From: Verrucomicrobiota bacterium
GTDB taxonomy: Bacteria; Verrucomicrobiota; Verrucomicrobiia; Palsa-1439
Direction: 5' to 3'
Assembly (NCBI GenBank): GCA_003164675.1
Contig: PLTX01000092.1
Span: forward strand, 2,296 to 66,295
DNA length: 64,000 bases
Of this stretch, positions 58,223 through 64,000 are shown in pieces; the stretch's first letter is position 1; each line of letters begins with the position of its first letter. Made by a program: the position numbers and the translations under genes. The notes beneath the pieces are model-generated. The model did not search any database and was not told where the DNA came from. It saw nothing but the letters and a program-made list of their open reading frames with translations.

Positions 58223-59970
58223 GGGTGCGAAGTATACCACCAATTGGTTTCGACCCAATAGATGTGAATCGAGTAACCGATGACGGCTGACGGCTTGCGC
58301 TCCAAGAGGGGGGTGTAGAACTCGGGCACTGGTGCGTCGCGATGGACGCCGTGCAGGTTTTGCACGCTCACCGCGACATAGCCCGGAAGACGCAGCCCGC
58401 GGACATTCGGGGTATCATTCTCTGGCGTGCCAGGCAGAGCCGCCCAAGGGATTCCGTAATACCCCGGATCCGCCGTGCCGAAATAGCTGAGGTTGATTAC
58501 CTCAACATGGTGGGTGTCCATCCATCGTTTGAGCGGTTTGAGGTCCTGGCCCCAATCGATATTCGAGTCGAGAAGGACCAGATGGCCATTACCTGGGCCT
58601 CCGATGATTTGATTGAAGAAGGCAAGACAATGCGGGTAGACCGTGGCGAGTTCGACGGAAGCGAGCACAACAGGGAGCAATAGAAAGCTGGCGCGCCACT
58701 TCGCACGCATCTCATCGAGCGTTACTCCCGCGATGAGAAGTGCGAATGGATAGATCGGCAGGATATGACGCAAGCCGATGTTGAGGTGCGCCATCATGGC
58801 TGTGCCGAGCAAAATGGCCGGCGGAAACACGAGGAATGCGGCGTCGGTCTTCCATCGTGCCGGTTTCTGGATCAGAAGCGCCAAACCACAAAAAAGAAGG
58901 AATAAGATGGTTAACGGAGTCTTGACCAGGAATGCCGCGGGGAAATAGTACCACCAGCCGGCACGCCTGAATCTGCCTGCCAAATACGCTGTGCGGTGTT
59001 GCGCCTTTACCTGGCTGAGAATGAAACTTTGCGCGTAGGCGTTTGGAACCAATTTGTGTTTGTCCAGCCAATCGGCGACACGCGCGACCATGCGTACCGA
59101 CTGGAGAAACTGTGTGTTTTCCTGTACGAGCAGGAGATCATGGCTGGGAGTAATCGGTCCATACCGGAAGCCATACGCGGCCCACACTGCCATGTATGAT
59201 GTGAGAATCAGGATCGCCGCGACCGCCAGCGAAACAAGCATTTTCGCGCGTCGTGAACGAAGTTCACCTCCCTCGACGAGGCGGCAGGGCCACGGATTCA
59301 CGCGAAGGACATGCACCACCAGCAACACCAGCACAATCGGTCCGAGGAGCAGCGCGGAGAATTTGGAGACCTGGGCGAGGGCGAAGAACGCCGCGACACC
59401 GGCGACGTTGCCGCAAGTGAGTTGCCGGATCGCGCGCCGCAGGAAGTACAACGCGCCGAAACTGAAGCACGCCACACCGAGGTCGGTGGTTACGAGACTC
59501 GAATGGGCGAGGATGTTGGGTTCGACACAATAGAGCGCGAGGACCGTTGCCGCCGTCCAAAATCCGAAGAGTTCGCGCGCCCAACTGAAGACCAAAATTC
59601 CCAGCAGGATCCCAAGCGCGACCATCATGAACCGGGCGCGATACAACAAGCGGTCAGCGTCGTTGAGTTCGTAGAGGAAGTGGCGACTGAATTCCCATCC
59701 GTTGGCCGAGTTCCACGACGGGCTGTTTGTATCGATCCGGACATCAGGCATAGCCAGCAACGGTAGTGCCGCCCACATGCGCAAGAACGGCGGGTGTTCG
59801 GGGTCGATACGGTAATCGTGCAAGCGCAGCGCCGCATAACCGGCGGTCAGGTGCTGCGGCTCGTCCACGGTCGCGGATTTCTGCGTGTAGCTGCCAACGG
59901 TGAGCGCGGTGAATGCCACCGTGAATGCGCAAAGTACGACCGTCGTCCGAACCCAGGCGCTACCCTCCAT
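58219..59970 (-). CDS. GT-C glycosyltransferase (GT39/ArnT/PMT-like), paralog 1
   Basis: Same motifs (SATVDEPQH, DSNIDWGQDL). ATGA overlap with paralog 2. Confidence 0.88.
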   Translation of the reverse strand: MEGSAWVRTTVVLCAFTVAFTALTVGSYTQKSATVDEPQHLTAGYAALRLHDYRIDPEHPPFLRMWAALPLLAMPDVRIDTNSPSWNSANGWEFSRHFLYELNDADRLLYRARFMMVALGILLGILVFSWARELFGFWTAATVLALYCVEPNILAHSSLVTTDLGVACFSFGALYFLRRAIRQLTCGNVAGVAAFFALAQVSKFSALLLGPIVLVLLVVHVLRVNPWPCRLVEGGELRSRRAKMLVSLAVAAILILTSYMAVWAAYGFRYGPITPSHDLLLVQENTQFLQSVRMVARVADWLDKHKLVPNAYAQSFILSQVKAQHRTAYLAGRFRRAGWWYYFPAAFLVKTPLTILFLLFCGLALLIQKPARWKTDAAFLVFPPAILLGTAMMAHLNIGLRHILPIYPFALLIAGVTLDEMRAKWRASFLLLPVVLASVELATVYPHCLAFFNQIIGGPGNGHLVLLDSNIDWGQDLKPLKRWMDTHHVEVINLSYFGTADPGYYGIPWAALPGTPENDTPNVRGLRLPGYVAVSVQNLHGVHRDAPVPEFYTPLLERKPSAVIGYSIHIYWVETNWWYTSHP

Positions 59971-60051
59971 GGACGCGGATTGTACCGAGTCGCATTGATG
60001 GTAACCACAAGGACGATCTGGCAGATCAGCGGCTTGTGACACTTGAAGATT

Positions 60052-60876
60052 CTACTCCAAGAGGAAGCGGTTGATCTCCAGTCTTGTCAGGGCGCGGTCT
60101 AGGTAGTGGAACGTGCCCTGTTCCTTCGCTTCGCGCGCCGCGTCGACCAGAGCTGCCATCGCGGCACGATGGAAGGATGCCCCGAAACTGATCCGCTTGA
60201 CACCTGACGCGGTCAGTTCGGCGACGGTAAACGATTTGCCTCTGATCCCAACCATAAAATTGACGGGCTTGGAAACAGCGCTGCAGACCGCTCGCACCGC
60301 CGCGAGGTCGGGTAGGGCGGGGGCGAACAACACGTCCGCGCCAGCCTTCTCATATGCCACCAGCCGCTGGATCGTGTCGTCGAGGTCTGTGTTCCCTTGA
60401 AGGAAATTCTCGGCTCGGGCGGTCAAGGTGAACGGGAATGGCAATGACCGGGCCGCTTCCACGGCGGCGGCGATGCGTTCGGTCGCGTGACCAACATCAT
60501 AGAGGGGTCTGTCTTTGTAGCCGGTCGAGTCCTCGATGGAAGCGCCGACCGGCCCGGTTTCGGCGGCCAGGCGGATTGTTTGGGCGACGACGGAAGGTTC
60601 GTGACCAAAGCCATTTTCCAAATCGGCGGAAACGGGAAGATCGGTCGCGCTCACGATGCTGCGGGCATGCGCGAGGGCTTCCTCGCGAGTGACCCTGTGG
60701 TCGCGCCGTCCCAGAGCAGAGGCCGACGCGGCGCTGGATGTCGCGAGCGCCTGAAAGCCGAGCTGGGCCAGGATGCGCGCGGAACCGATGTCCCACGGAT
60801 TCGGGATCAACAGCGGAATCATCTGCTGGTGCAACGACCGAAATCTCTGCGCCTTGTCTGCCTGTGTCGAAGACAT
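60052..60876 (-). CDS. Isocitrate lyase/PEP mutase family protein
   Basis: PNPWDIGSA, ATSS, PVSADLENGFG, SIED, TARAE, AGADVLF. Confidence 0.9.
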   Translation of the reverse strand: MSSTQADKAQRFRSLHQQMIPLLIPNPWDIGSARILAQLGFQALATSSAASASALGRRDHRVTREEALAHARSIVSATDLPVSADLENGFGHEPSVVAQTIRLAAETGPVGASIEDSTGYKDRPLYDVGHATERIAAAVEAARSLPFPFTLTARAENFLQGNTDLDDTIQRLVAYEKAGADVLFAPALPDLAAVRAVCSAVSKPVNFMVGIRGKSFTVAELTASGVKRISFGASFHRAAMAALVDAAREAKEQGTFHYLDRALTRLEINRFLLE

Positions 60877-60920
60877 GGATTGAATAATCCAACCTCCCGG
60901 CCAAAACCCATCATCACCGA

Positions 60921-62786
60921 CTACAGCCCGAGATTTGTGCCGAGAACGGGCTTGGCGTCTTTCTCGATGATGATCTCTCTGACCGTTTTGCCGGCGGGGA
61001 TCATCGGGAGCACGTGCTCGGTGTACGGGACGATGACATCGAGGACGTACGGCTCCTTCGAATCGAGCATCCGCTGCATCGCCGCCCGCAATTCGCTCTT
61101 GCGCGTGACGCGCTCGGCGGGGACGTTGAAGCCCTTCGCAACCGCGACGTAGTCGGGATAAATCTTGTGCGGGTTCTGCGGGTCGCCGAGGTAGGTGTGG
61201 CCGCGGTTCGAATTGTAAAACTTGTCTTCCCACTGAACGACCATGCCGAGGTGCTGATTGTTGAGAACCACAGCCTTCGCGGCGATGCGCTCGATGTGCG
61301 CCGTCGCGAGTTCCTGGATGTTCATCAGGAACGAGCCGTCGCCGTCGATGTCAACGACTTCCCTGTCGGGGAACGCGACCTTGGCGCCCATGGCGGCGGG
61401 GTAACCGAAGCCCATTGAGCCGAGGCCCGCTGAAGTCAGGAACGTGCGCGGGTATTTGAATTTGTAGTACTGGCCCGCCCACATCTGGTGCTGGCCGACG
61501 CCCGTGGTGATGATCGCCTCGCCCTTGGTCAGTTCATCGAGCAACTCGATGACGTGCTGGGGCATGATGATCTCGTTGACATCGCCCTTGAGAAATTCGC
61601 GGACGTACTGCGATTTCAACACCTCGTCCGTGACGCGGTAGCGGAAGGGGAATTGGTTCTTCCACTCGTTAATCTGCGCGTGCCAGGCTTTGAACTCCTT
61701 GCCCTTGACGACCTTGTTGAGCTGTTGGAGCGCGTACTTGATGTCGCTGACGACCGGCAGATGCGCGACCTTGTTCTTGTTGATCTCGCTCGGATCGACG
61801 TCGATGTGGACAATCGTGCCGTGCTTGGCAAATTCCCTGACATTGCCCGTGACGCGATCGTCGAAACGGACGCCGAGCGCCAACAGCAGGTCGGACTTGT
61901 CGACGGCGTAATTGGCGTAGACCGTGCCGTGCATCCCGAGCCAGCGCATGGACAGCCGATGATCGGACGGAATCGCGCCGATCCCCATCAGCGTCGTCGC
62001 GACGGGGATATTGGCTTTCTCGGCGAACTCGACAAGTTCCTTGCCGGCGTTGGACGAGATGATGCCGCCGCCCGCGTAGATGACCGGCCGCTCGCTCTTT
62101 TCGATCAAGCCCGCGATTTCATTGACCGCGATCTCGCTGATACGCTTGTCCGGGTTGTACCCGCGCAGATTGACCTTGTCCGGGAAAACCGGCTTGCACG
62201 TGCTTTGCTGGACGTCCTTGGGGATATCGATCCAGACAGGGCCGGGCCGACCGGTGCTGGCGATGTAAAACGCCTCTTTGAAGACGCGCGGGATATCCTC
62301 GACGTTCATGACGAGGTAGCTGTGCTTGACGATGGGCAACGAAAGACCGAACACGTCCGTTTCCTGGAACGCGCCCTTGCCGATCATGGCCCGCTGAACC
62401 TGCCCCGTAATCAAGATTAACGGAATCGAATCCATGTAGGCATCGGCAACGCCCGTGACGAGGTTCGTCGCGCCCGGGCCGCTGGTGGCGATCGCGACGC
62501 CCGTTTTGCCGGTGGCGCGCGCATAACCGTCGGCGGCAAACGCTCCCCCCTGTTCGTGACGCGGCAAAATCGTGCGAATGTGCTTCGAGCGGGTCAGCCC
62601 TTGGTGCAATTCCATGCTCGCGCCGCCCGGATAGGCAAATACCGTGTCCACACCCTCGCGCTCGAGACATTTCACGACGATGTCGCACCCGCGCATGGGT
62701 GTGTTCAGTTCCGCGCCGAGTTCGACTATCGGCGCTGCGGTCTTCGCCCGGCTCTTGGCCGCGGCATTTGCCTGTTGTTTACTCAT
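60921..62786 (-). CDS. ilvB: Acetolactate synthase large subunit
   Basis: [49 protein letters not shown] ThDP motif. Confidence 0.96.
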   Translation of the reverse strand: MSKQQANAAAKSRAKTAAPIVELGAELNTPMRGCDIVVKCLEREGVDTVFAYPGGASMELHQGLTRSKHIRTILPRHEQGGAFAADGYARATGKTGVAIATSGPGATNLVTGVADAYMDSIPLILITGQVQRAMIGKGAFQETDVFGLSLPIVKHSYLVMNVEDIPRVFKEAFYIASTGRPGPVWIDIPKDVQQSTCKPVFPDKVNLRGYNPDKRISEIAVNEIAGLIEKSERPVIYAGGGIISSNAGKELVEFAEKANIPVATTLMGIGAIPSDHRLSMRWLGMHGTVYANYAVDKSDLLLALGVRFDDRVTGNVREFAKHGTIVHIDVDPSEINKNKVAHLPVVSDIKYALQQLNKVVKGKEFKAWHAQINEWKNQFPFRYRVTDEVLKSQYVREFLKGDVNEIIMPQHVIELLDELTKGEAIITTGVGQHQMWAGQYYKFKYPRTFLTSAGLGSMGFGYPAAMGAKVAFPDREVVDIDGDGSFLMNIQELATAHIERIAAKAVVLNNQHLGMVVQWEDKFYNSNRGHTYLGDPQNPHKIYPDYVAVAKGFNVPAERVTRKSELRAAMQRMLDSKEPYVLDVIVPYTEHVLPMIPAGKTVREIIIEKDAKPVLGTNLGL

Positions 62787-62833
62787 CGGAGTATTGTTCC
62801 TTCCAAGGACACGGAGGCCTTAGCAGGGAAGCA

Positions 62834-62862
62834 CTTATACACCCGAAACCGTCCCCCGGCAA
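62834..62862 (-). promoter_or_regulatory. Candidate sigma70 promoter of ilvB
   Basis: TTGCCG-17-TATAAG, about 50 nt upstream of the start. Confidence 0.5.
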
Positions 62863-62914
62863 CGCAAATTGAACCCGACTAGAGGCGCTCCGGACCCCTT
62901 CGGAGCCCACTTCC

Positions 62915-63281
62915 ACCCCCCTGAACTTGGGTTCGTTTTTGGCTTTGTTTCCACCAGTTTTCCACGCCGGCTTGAATAAACTTGGGTTCGTTTTACAATT
63001 TTTACTTTTTTGCGTGGTACTTGGGCCTGCGCAATCCCCCCGGGTAGCGTCAGGGACGCTCCCTGCCCCGACAACGGAGGTTTACCCCGACTTCGAGGTC
63101 GGGGTCGGGGTGAATCGCCGTGCTGTGGCCGCGCACGATGGGCGCGGATCGTCCGTCCGGCCCTCGTGGTAGGGCGCGGTGGCGCACCGCGCCATCCGTC
63201 GACCTCGCCAACCCCAACACCGATTACGAACCTTCTCATGGCGCAGAAGCATATCGCACACCGATAGCATAGTCAAGTCAA
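62915..63281 (-). other. Promoter-headed, REP-laden intergenic element, copy B
   Basis: TTGACT-17-TATGCT-8-ATG(63239), nested hairpins and AAAC(A/G)AA(G/C)CCAA x3. Head homologous to 52737-52807. Confidence 0.65.
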
Positions 63282-63434
63282 GAAATCACTACACGATCAA
63301 TGTCATGCAACCGTGTCGCATCGCATATCGAACGGGAATTGCGGCGGGGAACTGGCGGCGGGATGAGGCGGCAACAACCCCTTGGCGTCGTCGGCCGAGG
63401 GGCAAGAACAGAGCGGAAGAACGGGATGACAATA

Positions 63435-63866
63435 CTACCCGAAGCCCGCTTTCTTGAGCGTACGTTTGGCGGCGACAACGTTGGAAACATGGATGATAAC
63501 CAGGGTTTCCAGCCCGACCTTGGGAGCACAACCGTACAAGTAATCGATGTTGATGCCCCTCTCGACTAAAGCGTCGATTACCTTTGCAAGCTGTCCACGT
63601 TTAACGATGGGGCGAAGGCCGAGGACGGTTGCCGTCGTGACGGCGAAGCCGATTCGCGTGAGGAGTTCTCTGGCTGCTTCTGGATCGGACACAACCAGCC
63701 GCACCGTGTTCAGGTCGAAGCCCGGCGATGAATTGATGGCGAGGATAAGGATCCCACGACGGGCGATAGCGTCCAGCACCCTGGCCAGTTTGGCAGGTTC
63801 GTTGGGGGTAACAATTGTCAGTTCCTTCAACCGCTGCACCATTCGTTCTTGCATGGGCTTGTTCAC
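63435..63866 (-). CDS. Tandem ACT-domain protein (BT0572-like)
   Basis: NEPAKLA.V...IA..GI.I, VRLVVSDP, KRGQLA.V...L...GINIDYLY. AGGAGG SD 7 nt before the GTG. Confidence 0.85.
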   Translation of the reverse strand: MNKPMQERMVQRLKELTIVTPNEPAKLARVLDAIARRGILILAINSSPGFDLNTVRLVVSDPEAARELLTRIGFAVTTATVLGLRPIVKRGQLAKVIDALVERGINIDYLYGCAPKVGLETLVIIHVSNVVAAKRTLKKAGFG

Positions 63867-64000
63867 TCGGCAACCTCCTGTCCCACCATGGTGGGTGCTC
63901 GAATCTCCGGCGGTCAGCATGGCGACAGCAATCTACGACGTGCGGCAAGAAATGCAACGGCAGCTCTGAACCAGTTGAGCTCCGTGTCCGGCATTCCGTC

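Noticed and set aside
63150..63239. ilvB attenuator leader peptide (MRRFVIGVGVG)
   Set aside because: The ORF does not stop early, no terminator was seen, ilvB has its own proximal promoter, and the homologous head at 52780 is not upstream of a branched-chain amino acid gene.
63500..63522. REP-like CCAGCCCGACCT in the ACT gene
   Set aside because: No real hairpin. It is explained by normal coding sequence.

Overview
GC-rich chromosomal window, most likely from a Verrucomicrobiota bacterium (inferred from the MurC-MurB fusion, a LysM gene inside the dcw cluster, a futalosine menaquinone pathway and presence of ftsZ). It is mostly core genes: the mqnP-E-A-C-adk operon, fmt, a GT-C/GT4/WecA-like glycosylation trio, metG, a complete mraZ-ftsZ dcw cluster, an AmmeMemoRadiSam radical SAM gene, prs-rplY-pth-rpsF-ssb-rpsR-rplI-dnaB-bamA-skp-lpxD, clpB, an arginine-to-putrescine divergon (pdaD / aguB-aguA), DUF151, two tandem GT-C transferases, a PEP-mutase/ICL-family gene, ilvB and an ACT protein. 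I saw no rRNA, tRNA or CRISPR array. The main unexplained signal is a dispersed 0.4-0.5 kb intergenic element present twice (52737-53220 +, 62915-63281 -). Each copy has a conserved sigma70 promoter plus M-R-x-x-V-I-G-V-G head, a body of nested REP-like hairpins and a tail of AAAC(A/G)AA(G/C)CCAA motifs. Other signals: REP-like hairpins inside coding sequences, an EVE gene broken by an LtaS-family/IS66-remnant cassette, a sigma54 promoter with a TGTGACA enhancer array before clpB, and a perfect palindrome in the polyamine divergon. All alignments and counts were done by eye.
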